Source of the DNA: Chiloscyllium plagiosum
Lineage: Eukaryota
Length of the DNA stretch: 28,436 bases
Direction: 5' to 3'
NCBI RefSeq assembly: GCF_004010195.1
Contig: NC_057720.1
Span: 17,641,558 to 17,669,993 of the forward strand
Within the stretch, counting starts at the first letter, position 1; the number at the start of each line of letters is the position of its first letter. The notes under the pieces were generated by a model, which made no database searches, was not told where the DNA came from, and saw only the letters and a program-made list of their open reading frames with translations. Positions 11,490 through 21,668 of the stretch are shown piece by piece. Both the position numbers and the translations under genes were made by a program.

Positions 11490-11840
11490 ATAGATTAGTC
11501 ATTCAGCATGGAAACAGACCCTTCCAACTAGTCAGTGCTGACCATGTTCCCAAACTAATCCCACTTGTGTGCATTTGGCTCATATCCCTCAATGTTTCCT
11601 ATTCATGTAATTATCTAAATATCTTTTAATGTTCTAAATGTATCTGCACTCAACAGTTCCTTTGGAAGTTCATTCCACAAACTAACCACTCTGTTTTTTA
11701 AAAAAAGTTGCTCCTCATGTCCTTTTTAAACCTTTCTCCTCTCACCTTTAAAAATATGCCCCCTAGTTTTGAACTCCCCACCCTAAGGAAAAGACCCTTG
11801 CTATTCACCTTATGTAAACCCCTCATGATTTTATAAACCA
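11490..11840 (-). mobile_element. Antisense CR1 3' end
   Basis: Reverse complement closely resembles 14985-15300 (ggataagtgcatgaataggaaagg...atgagccaaatgca...gtctgtttccatgctg). Confidence 0.85.
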
Positions 11841-12811
11841 CAAGTTATGTGTCAGGAAAAGGTCAAAACTCCCTCAAGTCAAAAGTCTCATCCTTGCCTT
11901 TACAAAGGACTGTGACTTAATTTTTTAGGCCCTTTTTGATTTGAGAAATTTCCATGGCTTATTCAGGTTCTCCTCTACCCTGCATTCACCATTTATAGCT
12001 CTCCAGGAAATTTTCCATTGTTCTTGTGTACTCCCTCCATGCATCCAGTTTGAGGTGCTTGCATGAAATCATATCCAATCTAATAATCGTCTTTGATTCT
12101 TTGGGTTTTTTTTTAAACATAGGCTGTGTCTGTGGGAGGCTTTTAGAAGTGTGATAACAAGAGTTCGGAGGAATTATGTTCCTGTTAGTGAAAGGACAAG
12201 GCTGCTAAGATTAGGGAACAATGGATGAATAAAGATATTGAGGTTCTACTCAAGAATGGAAAAAGTAACATAGACAACTGGGATCAAATGAATCTCTTGA
12301 ATATAGTGTATGTAGGGGCATTCTTCAAAGGGAAATCGGGAAAGGAAAAGGGAATATGAGACGGCCTTGACAGATAAGGTTAAGGATAATCCACAGGGAT
12401 TCCACAAATTCATTTAAGAGCAAAAGCACAACTAGACAAAGTAGGCCCCTTAAAGAGTAATAAGGTAATCTTTGTGTTGAACCTCAAGAAATGGTAAATA
12501 TTTCATACCAATTTTTACTGTGAGAAAAATGGAGGCTAGAGAACTTGAAAATAAATAATATTTTGAAAGCAGTTCACGTTAAACAAAAAGTAGTGCTGGA
12601 GTGCTGATGGGTGAATCTTTGGATCCTGAACAAGTGTTACTAAGGATGTTGTGGGTGAAAATTGCAGGGCCCCTAACAGAAATATTTGTCATCTGTAACC
12701 ATGGGTGTGATGCTGGAAGACTTGAGGGTAACTAATGTGCCTTCATTTAAGGAAGGCTGTAAGGAGAAGCCTGGGCCTGACATCGGTGCTGGGTAAGTTA
12801 TTGGAGGTGAA

Positions 12812-13830
12812 TTAAAGAACAAAAGATGAGTACAGCACAGGAACAGGCGCTTTGGCCCTCCAAGCCTGTGCTGTTGATCATGCCCTAACTAAACTTAAAA
12901 AAAAACCTTCTGCCCTTTATTTGGTTCATATCCCTCTATTACTTCCTGTTCACGTAACCATCCAAATGCCTCAAATGTTGCCAATGTGCCTGCTTCCATC
13001 ACCTCTTCTGGCAGTGTTTTCCAGGCTCCTACCACTCCCTGCTTGAAAAACTTAGCCAGCACATCTCTTTCAAACATCCCCCTCTCACCTTGAACCTGTG
13101 CCCCCTTGTATTAGAAACTTCAACCCTAGGAGAAAAAGCCTCTGACTATCTACCCTATCTATGCCTCTCAATTTGTAGATCTGTATCAGGTCTCCTCTCA
13201 GCTGTCATCTTTCCTAGCCTTTTTAATCTTCCCGCATAGCAAATTCTCTTGAGACCAGGCAACATCTTGTCAACCTTCTCTGCACTCTACCAGAAGGGCA
13301 TGGAAACTTTCAAAAGTGTGGCGACTAAAATTGCGCACACTAATACAAATGCAGCCTAACAAGGGTTTTATAAAGCTGCAAACATGGGTTGCTAACTCTT
13401 GTACTCCATGTCTCAGCTGATGAAAGCCAGCATGCCAATTCCACAGTCCAAAGATGTGCAGGTCAGGTGAATTGGCCATGCTAAATTGCCCAAAGTGTTA
13501 GGTGCATTAGTCAGAGGGAAATGGGTCTGGGTGGGTTATTCTTCGGAGGGTCAGTGTGGACTGGTTGGGCCGAAGGGCCTGTTTCCACACTATAGGGAAT
13601 CTAATCTAATATGCTTTCTTGATCACCTTGGCCACCTATGTTGCCACTTTTGGCAACTATAGACCTGCATACCCAGATTCGTCTATATGTTAATGTTCCT
13701 AAGGGTTCTGTTATTTACAGTATAATTCACAGCTAAATTTGATCCTCCAAAATACATCACCTTGCATTTGGCTGGATTAAACTCCATCTGCCATTTGTGC
13801 CCAAGTCACCAATCTGCCTATATCCTGTTA
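12812..13830 (-). mobile_element. Antisense CR1 3' fragment nested in the sense CR1
   Basis: Minus ORF 12895-13077 FFKQGVVGAWKTLPEEVMEAGTL is the CR1 ORF2 end. The reverse complement near 13770-13795 encodes WQMEFN-like sequence. Confidence 0.85.
13439..13610 (+). mobile_element. 5'-truncated HE1-like SINE nested in the antisense CR1
   Basis: ccacagtccaaagatgtgcagg...gggccgaagggcctgtttccacactatagggaatctaatctaat. Homologous to the reverse complement of 7085-7280. Confidence 0.85.
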
Positions 13831-14573
13831 TGAAAGGGTACAATCAGCACCGTCAGTAATGGATGAGTTTGGGGAGGCAAGGAATGGTAATCAGCATGTT
13901 TGTGCGCAGGAAATAATGTCTCTCAACCCTGACTCAGTTGTTTTGAGAAAGTAAGCAAAAAGATCGAGGGCAAGGTGGTAGATGTTATTTACTTGAACTT
14001 TAGTAAAGCCTTTGATGAGGCTCCACATGGTAAACTAACTAAAGTTAGGTCACACTGGATTCAAGGTGAGCTCGCCGAGATAGAAGGTGGATGTGGAGTT
14101 TTGTTCTTCGGACTGGACTATGATCAATGATGTTCCATAGGGATCAGTACGGGGTTCACTTTGTTTATTATTCACAAAATGATTTGGTGAGAATTTAGGA
14201 GGCATAGTTAGTAAGTTTGTGGATAACGCCAAAATTGGTGGTATAGTGAACAGTGGAAAAAGGTTATCTAAGCTTACATGTAGATCTTGATCAATTGGGC
14301 CAATGGGATAAGGAGTGGCAGACGATGTTTAATTTGGATAAATGTGCATTTTGGTAAAACAAACATGAGCAGGACTTTATTAATAGTATGGCCTTGGGTA
14401 GTGTAGAACAGAAACCTAGGGGTTTAGGTACATAATTGTTCGAAATCTGCATCACAAGCAGGATAGTTAAGAAGGCATTTAGGTAAAAACAAGGACTGCA
14501 GATGCTGGAAACCAGTTTCTAGATTAGAGTTGTGCTGGAAAAGCACAGCAGGTCAGGCAGCATCCGAGGAGTA

Positions 14574-14615
14574 GGAAAATCGACGTTTCGGGCAAAAGCC
14601 CTTCATCAGGATTCC
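14574..14615 (-). ncRNA. Minimal type I hammerhead ribozyme motif, minus strand
   Basis: Minus strand reads ggaauc-CUGAUGA-A-GGGC-uuuu-GCCC-GAA-ACGU-C-gauuuucc. Core is intact, stem II is 4 bp, stem I is GGAAUC/GAUUUU, and the cleavage triplet is GUC. Helix III is reduced to the palindrome ACGU. Activity not shown. Confidence 0.7.
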
Positions 14616-14650
14616 TGATGAAGGGCTTTTGCCCGAAACGTCGATTTTCC
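14609..14650 (+). ncRNA. Minimal type I hammerhead ribozyme motif, plus strand (sense in BTBD8 pre-mRNA)
   Basis: CTGATGA at 14615-14621, extra A at 14622, GGGC-tttt-GCCC at 14623-14634, GAA-ACGT-C at 14635-14642. Predicted cleavage after 14642. Stem I has one U-U mismatch. Confidence 0.65.
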
Positions 14651-15728
14651 TGCTCCTCGGATGCTACCTGAACTGTGCTTTTCCAGCACCACTCTAATCT
14701 AAGAAGGCATTTAGCATGCTTGCCTTCATTGTTCAGGCCTTTTGAATATAGTAATTGGGACTGTCATGTTGAGGTTGTACAGGATATTGGTGAGGCCTCT
14801 TCTGGAGTGCTGTGTACAGTTCTGGTCATCTTGTCATAGGATGGGTATTATTAAACTGGAGAGGGTTCAGAAAAGATTTACCCAGGATGTTGCTGGGAAT
14901 GGAGGACTTTGCATTATAAAAATAGGCTGGGACTTTCTTTCGCTGGAACACAGGAAGTTGAGGGGAGACCTGAGAGGATTATAAAAACCTCAGGGTCCAA
15001 GAAAACGTGTGTAGGGTGGAGGAATTCAAAACTAGGCATATTTTTAAGGTGAGAGGAGAATGAGTTACCCGTGAGGGGTAACTTTTTTACACATTGGTTC
15101 ATGTGTAGAATGAACGGCCAGAGGAAGTGGTAAATGCAATGCACTTAGAACATTTAAAATACATTTGGATAAGTGCATGAATAGGAAAGGTTTGGAGGGA
15201 TATGAGCCAAATGCAGGCTGATGGGACTAGTTGAGTTTGGGAACAAGGTTGGCATGAACCAGTTGGATGAAGAGTCTGTTTCCATGCTGTATGAAACCAT
15301 GCACTTCAGCAGAAAAATATCTGAATTAAATTTAAATGTTAAAGAACCTAACAAACATACATTTTTTTTTAAGAAAATATATGAAAGATTTAAATTTTTA
15401 AATTTTCTTTTAAGAATTGCACACACCCATTCAGTCAGTTTTTAACAAGAAAACAGTGAGAACGCGTAGTTGGAACTTAACATTGCACACCTGGTGTCAA
15501 CAGACACTTGTTTGAGACTTCTCTTATCATCAATCTGTGGAAGAGTCAAGAAAATCATTCAGCTTCTCCTGTCTTTCATAATCTCCAAGACCTCCAAAAG
15601 GCCTTGCATCAGAAAACCTCAACCCTTCCCGATTAGAATAACTGCAGTCCCTTTCCATAATGAAAATGTTCCTAACCTAGAGAGTGATAAGAATGTGGAC
15701 CTCACTGTCACTAGTAGTTCACTATTTT

Positions 15729-15941
15729 AATTTGGAGATGCCGGTGTTGGACTGGGGTGTACAAAGTTTAAAAATCGCACAACACCAGGTTATAGTCCAA
15801 CAGGTTTAATTGGAAGCATACTAGCTTTCAGAGCGATGCTCCTTCATCAGGTGGTAGTGGCTGGGGAGCGTCGCTCCAAAAGCTAGTGTGTTTCCAATTA
15901 AACCTGTTGGACTATAACCTGGTGTTGTGATTTTTAACTTT
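15729..15941. mobile_element. Penelope-derived hairpin element 4 (different family)
   Basis: Arms cacaacaccaggttatagtccaacaggtttaattggaa / ttccaattaaacctgttggactataacctggtgttgtg. TSD gttcactat at 15717-15725 and 15942-15950 (12 bp with one mismatch). Confidence 0.85.
15818..15853 (-). ncRNA. Minimal hammerhead ribozyme motif of hairpin family 4
   Basis: Minus strand reads cac-CUGAUGA-A-GGAGC-auc-GCUCU-GAA-AGCU-A-gua. Core is intact, stem II is 5 bp with a G-U closing pair, the palindrome is AGCU and the triplet is CUA. The + arm copy has lost CUGAUGA. Confidence 0.6.
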
Positions 15942-16034
15942 GTTCACTATCTTGGATACACGTAAGGCAACTAGATAACCATGTGATGGAGGAAAAGAGT
16001 ACAAGCCTGTGATGATAGGGTTTGATGATGGATA

Positions 16035-16762
16035 AGAGTAACAAAAAGATGGGGTACTGGGCTAATGGTTGGATACTTGGTAGTGTGGATGAGCAGAGGG
16101 ATCTTGGTGTTCATGTACACCAAGTTGCCACCCAGGTAAATAGCGCTGTGAAGAAGGCATATGGCGTACTGGCTTTTATTGGTAGAGGAATTGAGTTCCG
16201 GAGTCCTGAGGTCATGTTGCAGTTGTATAAGACTCTGGTGCAGCCGCATCTGGAGTATTGTGTGCAGTTTTGGTCGCCATACTATAGGAAGGATGTGGAG
16301 GCACTGGAACGCGTGCAGAGGAGGTTTACTGGGATGTTGCCTGGTATGGTAGGAAGATCGTATGAGGAAAGGCTGAGGCACTTGGGGCTGTTTTCATTGG
16401 AGAAAAGAAGGTTTAGGGGTGACTTGATAGAGGTGTACAAGATGATTAGGGATTTAGATAGGGTTGACCATGAGAACCTTTTTCCACATATGGAGTCAGC
16501 TATTACGATGGGGCATAGCTTTAAATTAAGGGGTGGTAGGTATAGGACAGATGTTAGGGGTAGGTTCTTTACTCAGCGAGTCGTGAGTTCATGGAATGCC
16601 CTGCCAGTAGCAGTGGTGGACTCTCCCTCTTTATGGGCATTTAAGCGGGCATTGGATAGGCATATGGAGGATAGTGGACTAGTGTAGGTTATGTGGGCTT
16701 GGATCGGCGCAGCATCGAGGGCCAAAGGGCCTGTACTGCGCTGTATTCTTCTATGTTCTATG
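16035..16762 (+). mobile_element. Young 5'-truncated CR1 with an uninterrupted ORF2 C-terminus
   Basis: ORF 16022-16687 (LYKTLVQPHLEYCVQFWSP...RFFTQRVVSSWNALP) and tail ttctatgttctatg. Same subfamily as 4500-5240. Confidence 0.92.
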
Positions 16763-17038
16763 AGGCAGCTTAAGGGGAGCATAAATGCCGTCCATGGCTT
16801 CTGTACAAAGCAAGCCATGATATTGTAAATTCCATAAAATAGTTCACAGGATCAGAGTCTGTGTCCTAAAATTAAAATTCACGGTGACCTTTTACATCTG
16901 AATGTTTACTAAACATGCTACTATTTTGATGCACATTAAAGAAGTATTTTTGTTTACTTGTATTACAGATATACTTTTTTTTAAGAACTGTATGGTATTT
17001 TGTACAGTTTTTGACCATTTAAAACTTTATTGTTCTAG

Positions 17039-19435
17039 ATCCAAAAGGAGGGACAGTGGTTTTAGAAAAAGCAGCCCTTATTTCAGAACAAAGTGATGCT
17101 TCAAAACAGCCTACTAAAGTTCCAAACTGTGAAAAAATAATGGCTAATGAAATATTTACAAAGGCTAATAATTCTAAACCAGTGAAAGCAGCAGCCCTCT
17201 CTGCAATAAAGACAAATACAAGGAAAATGACACAACTTGGCACCGCAAGTCCACGGACACCTATTAATTCCAGTAAGGTTGCTCTGAAAGAGAAAAGTGC
17301 GTCTCTACCCAATGTAAGAAAGCCATCAACTAAGTTGCTTCCGGTGACAACCAAAACAAGTTCTAGCCTAAAAAGATCTGCCTCTAGTTGTAATGAAAAG
17401 GCAGCTCCTAATTCTCCGTGTCATGATGTGAAAAGTGGAACAGAGTTAAAAAGTAATCAAATGGGACCAAGTAATCAGCCACCACTCTGTCAGAATGTAG
17501 AAGTACCTACTGCTTCACATGATAATAGGTTGGCAAAAGGAGACCATGTTTTGACATGTGGACATTCGCAACAAATCATTACCTCCAGCAACCTATCTAA
17601 CCATGTTAAAAAAGCAAATAATTGTACATCAGAAAAATTACAAATAGCTTTAGATATGTCTTCTGCAACTAATTTTGAAGGTCACACAACACACAAGCCA
17701 TCTAAAGACATTGAACTGAAGACCAAACATTATAGTTCTCCAGATCATTCTTCTTCTGCAAATAAAGAACCCCAAATAAATCAATCTTGTGAACCAAAGC
17801 TATTGATTTTTAATGGCTGTGAGAAAACCAAGGAAGTCCCTCTTCAAAGAGAAACTAATTTTGCTGAAGAAATTAAAGCTGGCCATCTTTTTACAGATGG
17901 GGACCATGTTCTAAATAAAGGTATATTTGAACTAAATAGTGCAACAATTTATACTCACTCATTTGACCAAACTAGTGACGCTGCAAAGTATAACTTAAAA
18001 CAAGATGAAAAGCCAGTTCCATCAGATTTACATAAAGAAATAGACGAGTCAGGAATCCCAGAAAATCATGAGCATTCAGAAACTCCACTAGTAGAATCTT
18101 GGAACTTGGGCACAGAAGGCTACCAAGCCTCAGATGCATCTTTCCCAAAGCAAAGTCCAGACACAGATACTGGAAGTGCAACAACCTCATCTGATGATAT
18201 AAAACCTAATTCTGAAGACTATGATGCTGGAGGTTCCCAGGATGATGATGGATCAAACGAGAGGGGTATTTCCAAGTGCAGTACAGTTGTATGTCATGAC
18301 TTTCTTGGGAGAAGTAGCAGTGATACGAGCACGCCTGAAGAGCTTAAGGAATATGACAGTGGATTAAGAGTAGAAGTAAAAGTGAAAGGTATAGAGCCAC
18401 ATGGGAAGACAAGAGGTGCTAGCACAAGAGAATCACTAATTAATCATTGTTCCAGAATATCTCCAGGCAGTAAAGCAGTGGAAAGAGGCAGTGAAGAAGA
18501 TGCTGTTCCTGGTGGTGATAAATTAGATCCTGCCTCAGATATTTTGTCTTCATGTGAAGTGACTGAAGAAGATAAATCCGAAATTGAGAATACAGAGGAA
18601 GTTTTCCCTTCCCCTCTTCCTCCACCTCCACCTCCACCCCCTCCCGACCAGGGCATTTACCACTTTCAAGGTATTGATAACCTGGCTTTTGAAGACGTTA
18701 CAGAAAATGACACAGAGGTTACAAACTTTTCTTCAGCTGCAAATTTTAAGCGTTCTGTTCTGCTATCTGTGGATGAATGTGAGGAGTTGGGTTCTGATGA
18801 AGGAGAAGCTGAAAGTCCTCTTGCATTCTCTTTTGGTTCTCTTACTCCGTCCGATGTATTTGATGGTGGTTCCCATGAAAGTGGCCACCAACGTTATGGC
18901 AGAACCTACTATTCACGGTACTCGCTGGAAATTGATGATGACTTTTTGGTGTATAGCCACCTTCATCAAGAGAAGGCCAAAAAACAAACAAAGGAACCAA
19001 GTCCTTCACCACCTGCAGATGAAACTAGCATGTTGGCTGACTGTGCATTACTGCAGGTTGTTTCAACAGATATAGAAGCGACAAAGCAAGTCAATATTGA
19101 AGCTGTTGCACCCCATCAGTGTGGTGAACCTTTTGATGAAGTAGAAAGTAAACATGAAGAAAAGGACCAGATGGAAGGAAACATGCTTGAAAACCAATCT
19201 GAGGATAACATGTTAACTGAAGAAAATAATATCCAGCCTGCAGGTGATGGTGGTGGTGGTGACAATAGACCTCAGGAAAGACCCTGCCATTTGCATCTCT
19301 GCCAGAAAGGGCATTCTTCCAGTGTACACAGTGATGACGTTGCTACAAATGAGCATTTAGCTAATATGGAAAAAGAGTATGTGCAAGCTTACAACTCCAC
19401 ACCCAATGAGCAAACTAATAATACTTTGCCAACAG
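17039..19435 (+). CDS. BTBD8: BTBD8/KIAA1107 giant coding exon D (2397 nt, phase 1 to 1), containing the conserved KIAA1107-type blocks
   Basis: Acceptor tgttctag| and donor ACAG|GTAATG. Contains DTGSATTSSDDIKPNSEDYDAGGSQDDDGSNERGISKC...CHDFLGRSSSDTSTPEELK, FQGIDNLAFED, FKRSVLLSVDECEELGSDEGE and RPQERPCHL, which I recognise as KIAA1107/APache. Confidence 0.9.
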
Positions 19436-21198
19436 GTAATGTATATTGTAATTAACCTTTGATCACAATATAAACCACTTGGTCTGAAGATGGCACTCAG
19501 CTTTGTGTCAAATTGCCAAAATGCAGAGCAGTAAAAGTAAGACCACATCAGTTTAGTTTGTGGAACTATTGGAATGTAGTTTTCAAAGTACAGAGTGTAG
19601 GAGGAGTACATCTTGTATTGTTAAATGTGAACATGTACAATTCTTCCAGTAATTGTTAGCATGACTACTATGAGAATTTAGTTCATATTTAATTACAATT
19701 GCGTGAAAGAAGAGAACCTGCACTCCAGAATCTTAAGGCCATTTTCTATGTATGACATTAAAGATCATTTAGCCAAAACCATGTATTTAATGTGTAATAA
19801 CGTTCAATGTATTAAACCAGATGTTGGTAAGTCTACCTTGGAGATGTGTTGCACGTTGAACCTTTGGAGCTAGGCATGCAAGATTAAACTAACACAGTCC
19901 TTCAAGCAGTTGGAATGCCAAAGTATTAGATTTTAGGAGTTCATTGCAAAGACTGATTTGCAAGTAAGTGTGTTTTCACACTTGTCGAACAAGTTTAAAG
20001 TGGTTTGGTCTCCGGGCATTGGGAAAATGTCACTTTGCCGATCGATGAGTGAACCTAAACTACATTTGCACTGAAATGTTAATAGCAGTACTTGTACACA
20101 GTTCTGTAAATCAAAATTAATTAGATTTGAGGTAACTGTCCAGCAAAGTGTATTATGAATACTGTATTTGTTTTGTCCAGGATGTAATTAAATTTTGTGC
20201 TCATGTTCCTACTAAGTTAAGTTCTGCCAAATGTATTTCAATGATTGTCTAACTATTGGCTCTCTGGTTTGCTTAGCAATTACAATTAAGGCTTTTGCTG
20301 AGGTTTTTTTTGCTTGATGAATGATTGATCTTTTAACTGGTTTACTAACCTAATAAACTGCATCAGATTTTCCTGATCTTTTTACTTATTTTATTAATTA
20401 ACGTGTGGCACTGTACAGAACAACAAATCCGATCAAACAGTTGCACAAAACATTAGCACATGGCCTGTAACATATGCAATTCGAATGAAAATTGAGGTTT
20501 AACCCAACTTTAAATCCACAAATTTTGAACAATTAGTCAGGGCTAAATCATGATGCTTTTTTTAAAAAAAAAAATTATCCATGACCGGTAAATGTTCCAC
20601 AACTCCCTTGGAGTAATGTAAGGGCCATGGACAAAAATCACAGGCTCTAGTCCAGGTCCTCATCTTGATGTACCTTGCTATCCTGGGAACTGAGAGGTTA
20701 CAGCATTATCTATAAATTACATAATGTCCTGTTACTTTTCATTTTACTGGAATCAGATGCTCCAAAGTTATCATAGAAAACTTAACAATTTGTCAAAAAT
20801 ACACTTGTAGCAAAGGTAGGAATCTACTCATTTTAAATCTGAGTAGCTGTGTGAAAACTACAAGTAATTTCAGAAGAATGGATGGAACATTTGTATGATG
20901 TTTTCCAACATTGCCAATTTGTTTCTGGATTATCTAATTGGATAAGTAACATTAATTTTACTTTGATCATTCATCTTTTTTTGGCCATGTGCCTTTGTTG
21001 TTTCATCTTTTAACCTGTATTAACTTTTATCCAGCTCCTGCCCTTTAGTCCATCAGAAACTGCTTTAAAATCTTTGATCATTCTTGCATTCAGTCTATTA
21101 ACCAAAATACTCCCAAAATAATCTACTGTGCAGCAGCCCCATTTGAAGTTTTTCAATATTGGAATATTTACAATGTTTAGTATTATGAATTGTTTCAG

Positions 21199-21668
21199 GA
21201 AACTTAGCTGATTGTGACAGATCACAAAGCTGCACATTTGATCGTCGCCCTTCAAAAACCCTTTCTCCCATATACGAGATGGAAATAATAGAAGATGTGG
21301 ATCGGAGTTCAGAGGTAGAAGTGAACCATGTGCACAAAGAAGAAAATGAACACTTTGCAAAAAGAGACTGGATACTACTTAAGCAGCTTCTTGGAGATCA
21401 GGATCTAAATTGTGGAATTGTTAACTGTCTACCTGAAGATATCAATTTAGCAAAGTATCTGATCAACCAAACACTCTTCCTTTCTAGAGATGCTTGTAAG
21501 ACTCCAGGTAGAATTGCAGTTGAAAAAGAGGCATGGTATAAATGGACAGAACTGCAGTCTCCTTCAGAGGACTCCACAGCTAGCATTACAGTGGCCAGTT
21601 TTTCACCAGAAGAATCAGTGTCTCCACAGGGGGAATGGACAATTGTGGAACTGGAAACCCATCACTAA
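21199..21668 (+). CDS. BTBD8: BTBD8/KIAA1107 last coding exon E
   Basis: Acceptor tgtttcag|, phase 1. Reads RRPSKTLSPIYEM...LPEDINLAKYLINQTLFLSRD...SPQGEWTIVELETHH, then TAA at 21666-21668. Confidence 0.9.

Larger units (their letters stand above)
14483..14699. mobile_element. Penelope-derived hairpin element 3 (young, near-perfect palindrome centred on 14612)
   Basis: Arms ~14520-14611 and 14613-14701. 15-bp TSD taagaaggcatttag at 14468-14482 and 14700-14714. Extra ~37-nt unpaired tail on the left. Confidence 0.9.
12120..15300 (+). mobile_element. Long degenerate CR1 ORF2 and 3'UTR hosting three nested insertions
   Basis: Collinear with 3200-5240: RT remnants tttagtaaagcctttgat (FSKAFD) and agtttgtggataacgccaaaattggtgg (KFxDxxKIGG), and LYRILVRPLLECCVQFWS (ORF 14742-14984). 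Confidence 0.85.

Noticed and set aside
10193..15941. Hairpin elements as DNA-transposon MITEs, pre-miRNAs or terminators
   Set aside because: Asymmetric arms, variable 9-15 bp TSDs and hammerhead cores fit retrotransposed Penelope-type ends better. A miRNA origin cannot be supported without small-RNA data.
16022..16687. 221-aa intact ORF as a domesticated gene or extra exon
   Set aside because: It is the ORF2 tail of a young 5'-truncated CR1 lacking the RT catalytic core. Openness is explained by age.
17019..19075. Antisense and alternate-frame ORFs overlapping exon D (and 426-916 over exon A)
   Set aside because: Shadow ORFs of a biased coding strand with no recognisable motifs.
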